Under the pieces are notes generated by a model. That model was not told the DNA's origin and ran no database searches. It worked only from the letters and a program-made list of their open reading frames with translations. The position numbers were made by a program, and so were the translations under genes. DNA of 58,998 nucleotides, counting the filler. It is 7 parts of 7 records of this genome, joined end to end, with 100 filler letters (N's around TTAATTAATTAA, not from the genome) between each part and the next. Parts side by side here need not be neighbours in the genome. Positions count along the whole stretch, not along the records: positions 40,076 to 45,091 come from SRR31147125_35787; positions 45,192 to 58,998 come from SRR31147125_35788; 5 more parts are not named here. One strand, given 5' to 3'. This document shows positions 43,311-54,700 of this stretch, in pieces. Each line of letters opens with the position of its first letter. Within the stretch, counting starts at the first letter, position 1.

Positions 43311-43575
43311 AACAGGAGATTCGCTCACAAGTTTACGCAAAAAAGTCCTTTATCCCCCATTTTCTCGTAACAGTTTTAAAAGTCCGACGGACCCTCCGAG
43401 AATGGCAAAAATTGACAAAATGATAACATTTTCGCATTATGGTAGAAATTTTGCTTGAAAGTATCGGGACCTGCGTGAATGGAAGTTTTAACAATACATT
43501 GCGGATTGCGGAAAAATTAACCTCAGGTGGTTTAATACGGTTTCTGCCGCAAACACCCAGACTGGCAAGGCGCAT

Positions 43576-44918
43576 ATGACCATAGATTTCAAAACCCCTC
43601 GGAACTATAAAAAAGACTCAAGCGCACGTTTTAATTGGAAAGTTGTTTCCCTGGCTTTGACCGTTATTTTTCTGGCCGGCTATTTTTTCTTTACTGGTGA
43701 GCAGACGCCTTCTGCTTCGGAAGCCCAGGTGGTTCAGGAAAAAACGCTTGAAGGCCTTCCGGCCCCGGAGGTCGCTGAGGTTGTGATTCCGAAGGTTAAA
43801 CGGGAGGTTCTCGAAGGAACAATTAAATCCGGTGAAACAATTACCAGCCTTTTTGCCGATATTTTCACACCTCGGGAGATCCTCCTTCTCGCCCGCAAAT
43901 GCAAAAATATTTTCGCACTTTCGCGGATTCGGGCGGGGAATCTTTATCAGATCCATCTTGCCGATGGGCGGTTTGATAAATTTATTTATGATATTGACGA
44001 CCAGGACCAGCTCATCATTAAAAAGGGCGAAAGCGAATTTGAGGTGGTCCGATCGCCGATAGCCTATGAAGTTAAGCAGGAGGTGGTCCAAACTACTATC
44101 CTGTCGAGTCTTTTCAACGCTATCAACGAAACGGGAGAAAGGCCTGATCTGGCAATTTCTCTGGCGGATATTTTTGCCTGGGATATTGACTTTATCCGTG
44201 ATATCCGGGAGGGGGATTCTTTTAAAGTTCTGGTGGAAAAACGTTTCCGTGATGGAGAGTTTTTCGGCTACGGCCATATTCTGGCGGCCGAGTTTGACAA
44301 TAGCGGCGAAATTTTTAAGGCGTTTCTGTTTGAGGTCAAAGATGGCCGTCCGGCTTATTATGATGAAAATGGAAAAAGTGTTCGCAAGGCCTTTCTTAAA
44401 GCACCCTTGTCTTTTTCCCGAATTTCCTCCGGTTTTACCAATCGCCGTTTCCATCCTATTTTGAAACGTTATAAGCCTCACCGTGCTATTGATTATGCGG
44501 CCCCGACAGGTACTCCCATCCATTCGGTCGGAAACGGCATTGTCACTCGCAAAGGATACACCAAGTACAATGGACGTTATATCCGCCTTCGCCACAATAG
44601 TATTTATGAAACGCATTACAACCATATGAGCCGCTTTGCCAAAAAAATCAAAGTTGGGAGCCGGGTTGCGCAGGGCCAGACCATCGGTTTTGTGGGCTCC
44701 TCCGGTTTGTCTACAGGCCCCCACCTTGATTTCCGCATGTACAAAAATGGTGTTTCCATCAATCCTTTGAAAGTTAAAGCCCCCCTGCCGCTCCGGTTCC
44801 GAAGGAGCTGATGGCCGAGTTCAACAGGATCAAATCGACGTATGCGACCCACTTTGCGGCGGAACGTCCCATCCAGATTTCCTCGCTTCAGCCGGGAGAT
44901 ATTGGCAAACCCAACTGA
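43576..44918 (+). CDS. M23 family peptidoglycan DD-endopeptidase (C-terminus shifted at a C6 run near 44780)
   Basis: N-terminal TM; RFHPIL, HRAIDY, YNHM, STGPHLDF; ORF track ends at 44811, repaired frame ends at 44918. Confidence 0.9.
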
Positions 44919-45091
44919 AGTCAGGTCTGCAGGTTGAAGGCTGAAGACCGAAGGAACACCAAATAGTTCTCGACCTATCAACCTTTTTAGCCGCTGATCT
45001 CCGCTGATAAGCACTGATTCAAAAACCATAAATTTTGCAATTATTTTTGATGTTAGGCCTAATCATGCCTTTTCAGTGTCAATCAGTGGCC

Positions 45092-45191
45092 NNNNNNNNN
45101 NNNNNNNNNNNNNNNNNNNNNNNNNNNNNNNNNNNTTAATTAATTAANNNNNNNNNNNNNNNNNNNNNNNNNNNNNNNNNNNNNNNNNNNN
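45092..45191. other. Artificial contig linker
   Basis: N-run, TTAATTAATTAA, N-run. Confidence 0.98.
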
Positions 45192-45418
45192 TTTTAAGGT
45201 CCGTATTGCAATCTACAGATCTAACGAAAACTCTTGTCATTGTCACAAGCGATCATGGCAATATTGAAGATATGTCTTTTAAGGGTCATACGCGCAATCC
45301 TGCCATGACTTTGCTTTTTGGTGCCGGAAGCCGTGAATTTTTGTCAATTCTGAATAAAATAACAGATATCACACCCGCCATCCTATTGGCTGCAAATAAA
45401 TTTATTAATCCAGCTTGA
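45192..45418 (+). CDS. Metalloenzyme (alkaline-phosphatase superfamily) 3' fragment
   Basis: VIVTSDHGNIED...HTRNP. Confidence 0.7.
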
Positions 45419-45519
45419 CCTCATCTTAATATTTGCCGATAACCTCATTTTCATCCTGTAATAGAACAGGACGGAGATGACCAAAAGTCATCTTTACCAT
45501 AGTTTATCCGAATACTATA

Positions 45520-48500
45520 TCACTTGATTAAAAGCGTGACTATTTCATATGGCTGGACAGAAAGGTGTACCGAATTTTGCTGCACATCAAGTTCCTCACC
45601 TTTTTCTTCGAGCATATTCGTTAACCAGGCTTGTTGCACAGGTTTATCAAACTCGATATGCCCCTGTACTTTTTGACCATTTACTTCATAAAAACGAATT
45701 ATTTGCTGACCACTATCCTCGGCCTTTTTGACAACATTGAGAATAAGGTTTTCCGGAGTTATTTTTATAAAACTGTGCTCAGGGTTCCTATCCCCACCCC
45801 TCTTTTCCGCCTGAATCGGCATCAAAGGATAATTAAACTCGTAACCCCTTCTTGCAGACAATGCCTCTTTACAATCGCCCGAATGCGGATATATGGAATA
45901 CATAAATTCATGCTCGCCCTGATCGGCATATGGATTAACATAACCTTTTGGTATCTCGATCGGATCCGGAGTCAGTGGTGAGCGCAACAAGGTGATACGC
46001 ATCATATTATCCTTCACATCATATCCATATTTGCAGTCATTCAAAAGAGTAACACCATACATATCATCTGATAAATCAACATATTTATGAGCAGCAACCT
46101 CGAATCTGGCTTTCTCTGCAGGCGTTGTTGGTTTAGTCGTCCGCTGAATACTGCCATATGCCATATCAAATGTTGCAAAATCGGCCTCAATATTCACTGG
46201 AAAGGCGGCTTTGGCCAGAATGTGATGTTCATGCCAGTCAACATGGGTGCGGATGTCAAAACGTGGGATCCCTGAATAAATAATATAATCCTGTGTAAAT
46301 TTTGATTTACCAAAAGGTCGTACGATTCGCAAAACAGCTCGTACCGGACCATTTTCTAAAACTTCTATTCTCTCGACTCGTTCGCCTTCCCAGTTTTTCC
46401 CGGTATAGCCAATATTCCAGGCATCATAAAGCTCCGGCTTATCTTCAAAAAATTGTAAAACATTCCCCTCCTGATTTCTGGCAAGAACATGCCGTTTTTG
46501 TCTTTTATCATAAAACGAATGAATATTTCCATTAGCCAGATTAATTTCAATTTTAAAAAAGGCGTTTTCAAGAGTATTGCCAGCGATAAGAGGTTTTATT
46601 TTCGTTTCCTCCTGACGACCAATTTGCAGCCAATATGTTGCATAACCCGATTCAGGCACATTTCTCGCAACAAATAAAAGCTGATTATCATATTGCTGAA
46701 ATGGAATGCTGTGGCCGTCCTGATCCACAACTTTTTTGAAGAATGTTCCATCTGCGATGTGGTATTTTACCAGATCCGTTCTCTGCCAGTTCAACGGATT
46801 AAAGACCACGACTGGAATACCGCTGCCTTTTAATTTAATCTGGTTTGCTATCTGAACCAGGGATTGATTGATGATATTGTCTGTTATTCCTTTAACTTCT
46901 TTATAATCTTTTGTGGCGTCACAATAAACGTCTGGTATGCTTGATCCGGGTAAAATATCATGAAATTGATTAAAAAGCGTTTTCTTCCAGGCGTTATCAA
47001 ACTTTTCCTGTGGATAGGGAATGCCCGAATAGATGGCCAGCTTTTCCGCAATCTCCAGGGCGATCTCGCTTTGACGATTCTGTTTTTTCACCAGAGCCTG
47101 AGTTGTAAGCGTACCCCGATGATACTCGAGATAAAGCTCATCCTTCCATATCGGCAATTCAGGATAATTTATTTCTATCTTTGACATGTAACTGTCCAAA
47201 TCGTTATAATGAACAGAGGGATAAGTAGCAAGATGTTGCATCTTTTTGATGTTTTCAAAATGCTGTTGTGTCGGCCCACCGCCATGGTCCCCAACACCGT
47301 AAAGAACAGGTAAATCATGTATACCTTCCTCTTTAAAAGTCTGGTAATGTGTGGAAATTGTTTCCAGATTATTATCCAGATTTATATCCATCGGAAAACA
47401 CGTGAGAACCTCTGATCCATCAGGAGACACCCAGTGAAACAGACTGTATGGGAATGTCGTGGTATCATTCCATCTTATTTTGGTGGTGACAAAATATTTT
47501 AAACCACATTTTTTCAGGATTTGCGGCATAGACCAAGCATATCCAAAAGTGTCAGGAGTGTAACCAGTGATACAATCCACACCAAATTTTTGTTGAAAAT
47601 AACGTTTCCCATATAAAAATTGTCGTACAAGAGATTCACCAGAAATTAAATTAAGATCGGGTTCAACCCACATACCTCCGACCAGGAAAAACCTGCCTTC
47701 TTTTACTTTTTCCTGAATCGCTTCAAAAAGATCCGGATAATCCTTTTCCATCCACTCAAAAACAGCAGCCTGACTTTGAATATATTTAAATTCAGGGACT
47801 TTATCGAAAAATTCAAGAGCAGACTGAAAAGTTCGACGAGATACATCCACAGTTTCCTGCCAGCGCCAAAGCCAGGCTATATCAATGTGAGATTGCCCAA
47901 TCATATGCAGTGTATCTTTTTTAATTTTGGCAGAAAAGTCTTTGAGCTCTTTAAATTCCCCCTCCAGTTCTTTAATAAAAGCATTCCAATCTTCATTTAA
48001 AGCAAATTCAACACACCGATTCAGGCTGCCGTCATCTGTATTTATTGGATTAGACGAAAAAACATGGTACCATTTCATGTTTTCCAAAAGATCATTATAG
48101 AGTTTTTTAAGTACCGCCAACTGAATTGGTAAATCTGTTGCGCCAAAAAGACTCGTTATAAATACGGGCGTATTAATCTTAAAATGTGCTTCATCGCATT
48201 TTTTCCCATTCAAAAAAGACACAATTTTCAAATCCTTATCTAAAAGAGGTCTTATCTCATCGCCCTTTAAGGATACTTTAACCTGACTCGATGCATCAAG
48301 CACAAACTGCACTCTTTTTATATCTGTACCTTCCGCCTGGATTAAAAGTGTGCCTGGTTGCTTGAGGTCATTGCCTAAATTGTTAATATCAATTAAAAGC
48401 GGAAATTGCCTTGTTTTTCCGGTTTGATAACCTGGTCCTAATTGAATATGATTAATAAATGCAAAATTTTCCACATTGACTATGTGCATATTCCGCGGTT

Positions 48501-49089
48501 TCCGATTTGTCGTCACCACATTCGCGAGAGCCACACCTTTTTCATCGGTAATATCAACACCGAGCGTGAATTTTCCCGTGGTATGGACAACTTTGACCAG
48601 TAAACGGTTCCAGCCTTTTGCCAGTCGAAATGTTACTTTATTTTCAGCTTTTTTAAGCTGATGAAAAGCAAGATGATGAAATATTTTTTTATCATTTAAC
48701 CACATACTTACACCTTTTACATGTCCCACATGTAAAACAGCATTTTGCTCTATTGAGGAGTAGATATAAGTTGCAGCATAAACAACACAATGCTCTCTAT
48801 AGGGTAGCCGCAATTTTTGAAAATCAATTATTCCATCTTTACTGGTTTTCGCTTTTATCCACGTGAAATTTAAATGTGTATCCTTTCCTCCTTCAGCTGG
48901 TAATAAATGCGCCTCGTCCGGAATATACACCGTGTCAATCGCCAGATGTATCGTCTCTGATTTAAAAGTATCAGACACCAACCATTCTGTTATTGTGTGT
49001 GAGTATACTGTCGATGGTATTATGCATGAGCTCATAAGTAAAACTCCGAGAAGGATATTTATAGAAATTCCGACTGTCCTGTTGAACAT
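45520..49089 (-). CDS. GH38 alpha-mannosidase with signal peptide and extra N-terminal beta-domain
   Basis: SHIDIAWLW, GGMWVEPD, PDTFG (nucleophile), GDHGGGP, LYLEYHRG, NQFHDILPGS. Confidence 0.92.
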   Translation of the reverse strand: MFNRTVGISINILLGVLLMSSCIIPSTVYSHTITEWLVSDTFKSETIHLAIDTVYIPDEAHLLPAEGGKDTHLNFTWIKAKTSKDGIIDFQKLRLPYREHCVVYAATYIYSSIEQNAVLHVGHVKGVSMWLNDKKIFHHLAFHQLKKAENKVTFRLAKGWNRLLVKVVHTTGKFTLGVDITDEKGVALANVVTTNRKPRNMHIVNVENFAFINHIQLGPGYQTGKTRQFPLLIDINNLGNDLKQPGTLLIQAEGTDIKRVQFVLDASSQVKVSLKGDEIRPLLDKDLKIVSFLNGKKCDEAHFKINTPVFITSLFGATDLPIQLAVLKKLYNDLLENMKWYHVFSSNPINTDDGSLNRCVEFALNEDWNAFIKELEGEFKELKDFSAKIKKDTLHMIGQSHIDIAWLWRWQETVDVSRRTFQSALEFFDKVPEFKYIQSQAAVFEWMEKDYPDLFEAIQEKVKEGRFFLVGGMWVEPDLNLISGESLVRQFLYGKRYFQQKFGVDCITGYTPDTFGYAWSMPQILKKCGLKYFVTTKIRWNDTTTFPYSLFHWVSPDGSEVLTCFPMDINLDNNLETISTHYQTFKEEGIHDLPVLYGVGDHGGGPTQQHFENIKKMQHLATYPSVHYNDLDSYMSKIEINYPELPIWKDELYLEYHRGTLTTQALVKKQNRQSEIALEIAEKLAIYSGIPYPQEKFDNAWKKTLFNQFHDILPGSSIPDVYCDATKDYKEVKGITDNIINQSLVQIANQIKLKGSGIPVVVFNPLNWQRTDLVKYHIADGTFFKKVVDQDGHSIPFQQYDNQLLFVARNVPESGYATYWLQIGRQEETKIKPLIAGNTLENAFFKIEINLANGNIHSFYDKRQKRHVLARNQEGNVLQFFEDKPELYDAWNIGYTGKNWEGERVERIEVLENGPVRAVLRIVRPFGKSKFTQDYIIYSGIPRFDIRTHVDWHEHHILAKAAFPVNIEADFATFDMAYGSIQRTTKPTTPAEKARFEVAAHKYVDLSDDMYGVTLLNDCKYGYDVKDNMMRITLLRSPLTPDPIEIPKGYVNPYADQGEHEFMYSIYPHSGDCKEALSARRGYEFNYPLMPIQAEKRGGDRNPEHSFIKITPENLILNVVKKAEDSGQQIIRFYEVNGQKVQGHIEFDKPVQQAWLTNMLEEKGEELDVQQNSVHLSVQPYEIVTLLIK

Positions 49090-49518
49090 ATTATCTCCAC
49101 TCAATCTATATATTCGAATATCACGATTATGTACCCGATTGGGATATAAAATGGTCCGAATATTATTTTCGAAAATATTACCAATCCAAAAGAATCTTAT
49201 CATATTATTTAAATAACAGTTGTCAACATCAAGGTTAATCATGGTAAATAAAATTCAAAAGAGAATCAAGTCATTTCCAATTCTTTAATAATAGCAGTAA
49301 TGTGAATACTCTATATCTTTCACTCATATTTCACAATCTCAGTTATGAAGTGCTTGCATATTGTTGTTTAATTTCGTAAAATTGGTGCTGTTTGGTTGTA
49401 TTATTTCATCATTGATTCAGCAGTCAGTATGAGAACCTGGTGCGAACCGTGGGGAAATTTTATTTTAGATATCTGAATTTTTCAAAGATTATGAAGAGAA
49501 TGTTTTTTGAGGTATAAA

Positions 49519-50478
49519 ATGGCAAAAAAATTCGAAATCAAAAAGCTTTTAGGATTAGGCGAAAAAGGAATTATCAGAGATTATCTTGTCATTATTTTCG
49601 GATCTTTTCTCATGGCCGTTGGCATTGGCGTCTTTTTAATTGATGCCAAGGTTGTTCCCGGCGGCGTTAGCGGACTTTCCATGGCTATTCACTATCTCTC
49701 TGGCAACAAACTCCCTGTTGGTATGATGATGTGGCTTTTTAATATTCCACTTTTTATATGGGGTGTACGGGAATTAGGAAAACAATTTGGAGCACGCACT
49801 TTTATCGGCTTTACCACAAGTTCGTTTTTTATTGACTTCCTTCGTGGTGATATTCCGGGATTTGGTTATATCCAGCTACACAAACATCCGACCATTATTA
49901 ATCTCATGCAAACAGACTTTCTCTTTCTCGTACTGGTCGGAGGTGTCCTTTTAGGACTCGGATTAGGGATTATTTTCAAAGCCCGTGGATCTACAGCCGG
50001 GTCTGATATTTTCGCAGCTGTAGCACAAAAAAGATGGGGTATGAAACCAGGCACAGCCATTATGGTTATCGATTTTCTGGTCATTTCCTTTGCTGGTTTT
50101 GTCATTCATATAAAAGACCTGTCTGCAGACAAGCCGGCATTATCTTTGACGTTATACGCGTTCTTTTTATTATTCATTTCAGCTAAAATAATTGATGTCA
50201 TTCTGGATGGTTTTGATTATGCTCGCTCTGCTTTTATTATCACTTCAAAGCATGAGCAGGTTTCCAACATTATCATCAATGATCTGAGTCGTGGGGCAAC
50301 AGCGATAAAGGCACGTGGTTTATATAGTAACGAATCAAAGGAAATGCTTTATACTGTGCTTAGCCGTAAAGAGATCAGCAAGTTAGCTGAGATTGTAAAA
50401 AAGGTGGATCCACATGCATTCATTATCGTTAACAATGTCCATGAAGTGTTGGGAGAAGGTTTTCGTCCCAGAATCTAG
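49519..50478 (+). CDS. YitT family membrane protein (DUF2179 C-terminus)
   Basis: PGGVSG, GSTAGSD, RGAT, DPHAF, EVLGEGF. Confidence 0.9.
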   Translation: MAKKFEIKKLLGLGEKGIIRDYLVIIFGSFLMAVGIGVFLIDAKVVPGGVSGLSMAIHYLSGNKLPVGMMMWLFNIPLFIWGVRELGKQFGARTFIGFTTSSFFIDFLRGDIPGFGYIQLHKHPTIINLMQTDFLFLVLVGGVLLGLGLGIIFKARGSTAGSDIFAAVAQKRWGMKPGTAIMVIDFLVISFAGFVIHIKDLSADKPALSLTLYAFFLLFISAKIIDVILDGFDYARSAFIITSKHEQVSNIIINDLSRGATAIKARGLYSNESKEMLYTVLSRKEISKLAEIVKKVDPHAFIIVNNVHEVLGEGFRPRI

Positions 50479-50837
50479 TCCGGATATTTATCTACCGGCT
50501 TCCTTAAATTAGTATGAGCTCTCTGTGTAAAGCTGATTTTTATAACTTTTAAACAATTCCAGACTCTTAAATAAAAAAGTGTCCCCAAAAGTAAAAATCT
50601 TGTTATTTTGGATTTCTTGTCAACATCATGTAATCTGTTTCAGCTGCCGGACAATACATTTAAACAGCTTGATCTGGCACTGAAAAGATTTCCGATCCTA
50701 TTCTTATGTCATAACCCTCTTTTTCACCTGCCTTAAAATATATACGAAACGGTTGATTATTTTCTTAATAATTCTTACACTAAAATGAATGAAATCATCT
50801 GTTATTGATTCTTTATTATATTAACCACAATTATTCA

Positions 50838-51878
50838 ATGAAACGACGGTTTCTTATACTCACAGAAGGACAGACGCATCCGACACCAGCCAAATTAGCT
50901 GCTGGCATTCTGCGATATCGCATTGAAGAGGTTGTTGCTCTTTTGGATTCGTGCCAGGCTGGCAAAGACACAGGGGATTTGATGGGTGTTGGTCATGGAA
51001 TTCCCATTATCGGCTCCATTCAGGATGCCAGTTCATTCAAACCCGATACTTTTCTCATCGGTATTACTCCAGCCGGTGGCATATTGCCAAAAGAGTGGCT
51101 TTCCCTCATTAAAGATGCCATAAAACATCGAATGGATATCGTTAGCGGTATGCACACCTTTTTAAACGATGATCCCCAACTAGTCAAACTCGCCCGTAAG
51201 TATCAGGTAAAATTAGTAGATTTGCGAAAGGTCCCGCCAGATCTGACGGTAAACACGTGCCAGGCACAAAAAAGTCCCTGTTACAGGATTCATACTGTTG
51301 GAACGGATTGCAATTGTGGCAAAAAGATAACCGCGCTGGAGGTAAATCACAAACTGAGGCAATCAGGCAAAAAATCAACCTTTATCGCGACCGGGCAGAC
51401 AGGAATACTCATATCGGAAAAAGGTATTGCCATGGATCACGTCATATCCGATTTTGTTTCCGGTGCGGCAGAACGATTGGTATTGGAAAATGCTGATTAT
51501 GATTATCTGGTTATTGAAGGGCAGGGCTCCATAACCCACCCTCTCTATTCCGGGGTTACACTAAGCATGTTACACGGATTCGCACCCCAGGCTCTTATAC
51601 TGTGCCACCAATTCGATCGCACCATTTTGAGGGGCACACCTAATACGCCTGTTCCATCTCTAAAAAATATCCTGACCTTGTATGAAGAGTTATCAAAACC
51701 TGTATTCCCGTCAAAAGTGATTGCCATCTCCTTAAACATGAATTTGCTGCCACGTAATAAAGCACGGAAAGAAATACATAGAATAGAACAAGAATTCGGC
51801 TTACCAGCAACAGACGTTGTCCAATTCGGGCCGGACAAACTTGTGGATGCTATTCTGAACCATAGAACACAAATTTAA
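50838..51878 (+). CDS. DUF1611 family protein (DgcN-like)
   Basis: IVSGMH, VGTDCNCGK, ATGQTG, DFVSGA, IEGQGS. Confidence 0.85.
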   Translation: MKRRFLILTEGQTHPTPAKLAAGILRYRIEEVVALLDSCQAGKDTGDLMGVGHGIPIIGSIQDASSFKPDTFLIGITPAGGILPKEWLSLIKDAIKHRMDIVSGMHTFLNDDPQLVKLARKYQVKLVDLRKVPPDLTVNTCQAQKSPCYRIHTVGTDCNCGKKITALEVNHKLRQSGKKSTFIATGQTGILISEKGIAMDHVISDFVSGAAERLVLENADYDYLVIEGQGSITHPLYSGVTLSMLHGFAPQALILCHQFDRTILRGTPNTPVPSLKNILTLYEELSKPVFPSKVIAISLNMNLLPRNKARKEIHRIEQEFGLPATDVVQFGPDKLVDAILNHRTQI

Positions 51879-51890
51879 TGGGATAAAAAA

Positions 51891-52271
51891 ATGAATCTGG
51901 AACACATTGTAAAAATCAGTCATCCGATATTAACAGTTATTTTAATAGTTTCTTACAGCCTACTGGCTGTACGGCTTTTTGCAAAAGAGAAAACAGATCT
52001 GAGTCCAATGGAAGTGGCTCTGGCCCAGGTTGCTCGCTTTTCGCTTTTATTAACCTATTTGACTGGCCTCATCCTGAGCATGAATTTTAAATTTGATATC
52101 GCCAAAAACCATCATTATGCAAGTATGATCCCCGTGGTTGTTATTTTTCTCTTCCAGTTCTTACCAGGGGCATTAAAAAAGAGCGTCAGTATAAGAGGGT
52201 ATGCCTTTATGTTCTCTTCAATGCTTTTTGCGGTCATACTTATATCAGTTACAGCTTTTATATTTAGCTAG
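51891..52271 (+). CDS. Hypothetical four-TM membrane protein
   Basis: 126-aa ORF with four hydrophobic segments, in operon context. Confidence 0.65.
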   Translation: MNLEHIVKISHPILTVILIVSYSLLAVRLFAKEKTDLSPMEVALAQVARFSLLLTYLTGLILSMNFKFDIAKNHHYASMIPVVVIFLFQFLPGALKKSVSIRGYAFMFSSMLFAVILISVTAFIFS

Positions 52272-52297
52272 ATATCTTTTTGTAAAAGGAGTCATAA

Positions 52298-53263
52298 TTG
52301 CTGAACAATCAAATTGTCGCTATTGATGCAGGATACGAATCATATGATCAGGAACATGAGTATTTCCATCAGGCAGGTTATAAATTCAAGGTTTTCCAGG
52401 GCGGACATCACGACAGAACAGCAAAAATAAAATATGCTTGTGATGCTGTTGGTGTGCTCGTTCGTTGGACAAAAATAGATGACGATTTTTTCAAAGCCCT
52501 CCCAAATGTGAAAGCGATTGTCAGATATGGGGTTGGCTATGACAATATTAATTTGGATGCCGCGACAAAGCACAACGTTCGTGTTTCAAACGTTCAAGGT
52601 TACGCAAATCATGCGGTTTCAGATCATGCATTGGCTCTCATATATGCCTGTACACGGGCCTTGCCATTGGGACAACAAAAACTATATTCTGCTTTTACAA
52701 AACCTCCACGAAGACCCATCTTTGAATTTCATGATAAAACCTTAGGCATTATCGGCCTTGGTCGCATTGGAAGTACTCTATGTAAAAAAACTGTTCATTT
52801 ATTCGATAAAATTCTAGCGACGGACCCCTATATTCCAAATGAACGCTTTCAGCAGTTAGGTGCCCAAAGAACAGACCTGGACAGCTTATTGGAGCAAAGC
52901 CATGTTATCAGCATTCATTGTAATTTAACCAATGAAACCAGACACCTTATTAGCAAAACAGCCTTTCAAAAAATGCATAAAACACCGGTTGTTATCAATA
53001 CAGCACGGGGGCCGGTCGTCAATGAAACAGAGCTCTTACAGGCCTTGGAATCAAACAACATTCACAGCGCGGGTTTGGATGTCTATCAGGATGAACCGCC
53101 ACTTGAAAAAAGCCAAAATCTTTTAAATCATCCCCACGTCATCGCAACCGGTCATTATGCCTGGTATTCTGAAAAAGCGGGTACTGAACTGCAAAAACGT
53201 GCAACTGTCAATATGGTACAATTATTACAAGGAAATATCCCGGACGATTGTTTAAATCCATAA
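52298..53263 (+). CDS. D-isomer-specific 2-hydroxyacid dehydrogenase (CtBP/SerA-like)
   Basis: RYGVGYDNI, GIIGLGRIG, INTARG, LDVYQDEP, TGHYAW. Confidence 0.9.
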   Translation: MLNNQIVAIDAGYESYDQEHEYFHQAGYKFKVFQGGHHDRTAKIKYACDAVGVLVRWTKIDDDFFKALPNVKAIVRYGVGYDNINLDAATKHNVRVSNVQGYANHAVSDHALALIYACTRALPLGQQKLYSAFTKPPRRPIFEFHDKTLGIIGLGRIGSTLCKKTVHLFDKILATDPYIPNERFQQLGAQRTDLDSLLEQSHVISIHCNLTNETRHLISKTAFQKMHKTPVVINTARGPVVNETELLQALESNNIHSAGLDVYQDEPPLEKSQNLLNHPHVIATGHYAWYSEKAGTELQKRATVNMVQLLQGNIPDDCLNP

Positions 53264-53276
53264 TACGGAGACGACC

Positions 53277-54672
53277 ATGCAAAGTGATAATACGATCCGC
53301 ATTCCTCCCAAAGGTCTGGCCTTATTAACAATGCTTGGGCCATCTATCGTGTGGTGTGCAGAATTTATCGGATCTGGCGAAGTCATTCTGGCTACGCGCA
53401 ACGGCGCGATCCTGGGCATAGGTATCCTTTGGGCTGTTGTTATTGGCGTATTTTTAAAATTCTGGATCGGAATGAGTGGTGCCCGCTATACAGTGTGTAC
53501 CGGGGAAGGCATGATAGATATGTTCGATCGAATCCCGGGGCCACGCCACTGGGTTGTCTGGATCGTTCTCATTGTCCAATTCATTAGTGGTACAATCGCT
53601 ATTGGATCCCTGGCAACCGCTGCCGGTGTTTTTATAAACAGCTTAATACCAATATCCCCTTACTTTGGCGGTTGGTTTGTAACGATCTTTGCCCTGGTTG
53701 TCGTATGGTCTGGCTTGTTTGATATCTTGAAAATCATCATGAGTATCCTTGTCTTTATCATGATTGCGGGAGTACTTTATGTGGTCAGTCATGTTTTCCC
53801 TGGCTTTGAAACACTTTTTCAGGGTTTTCTTTTAAAGTACCTTCCATCCCTGATTGGGCTATCCTGAAAGGTGGAACAGATCCAAATCCCTGGAGAGAAA
53901 TTTTACCCCTTCTTGGCTGGGCTGCCGGTGGATTTGCCAGCCAGGTGTGGTATACCTATTGGGTTATGGGTGCCGGATACGGTGCCGCTTATGACCGGGA
54001 ATATGGGAAACCAGCCGATGAAAAACATTTAAAAAACCTTACAACCCAGGATGCATTACATTTAAAAGGATGGTGTAAAGTAGTATATACAGATGCAGCA
54101 GCAGCCATGATTATCGGTATTATTGTAACATGCGGCTTCCTGATTGCCGGTGCCGGTATCCTGAGGCCGCACCAACTTGCACCCCAGGGTCCGGAAGTAG
54201 CGATTACACTGTCATCTATTTTTTCATCCCAATGGGGTTCTATCGGTGGTTTTCTGTTTATGCTCGCTGGTGCAGCTGCTTTGATGGCAACTCTTGTCGG
54301 ACAACTGGCAGGCTGGCCGCGTTTACTTGCGGATTCCTGCCGGATTTGTATCCCCACATTTAATAAGATAAAATGGAAAACACAATTTCGTCTATTTATC
54401 CTTTTTTCTTTGTTACAAACATGACCATTGTATATACATTTGGCCTCAAACCTGTATTTCTTGTTAAATTGGGGGCGGTCATGGATGGATTATTACTAAC
54501 CCCGTTACAGGCATTATGGGTTGCCATTGGCTTGTTTGTTGTGATGCCCAAACTTTTTTCAGAAAAGACCTATAAAATCATTAAACCTCACTGGATATTT
54601 GCTGTTATACTTGGCATCGCTTTTGTTGTATTTGGCTATTTTTGCATTTTTCAAATCCCCCATATTTTCTAA
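53277..54672 (+). CDS. Nramp-related (APC superfamily) transporter, split into three ORFs by two T-run frameshifts
   Basis: LGPSIV...IGSGEV, RYTVCTGE; one-base repairs near 53828 and 54405 join ORFs 53277, 53945 and 54373. Confidence 0.75.
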
Positions 54673-54700
54673 ATCAAAACAATCGTATCCGGAGCAAAAT

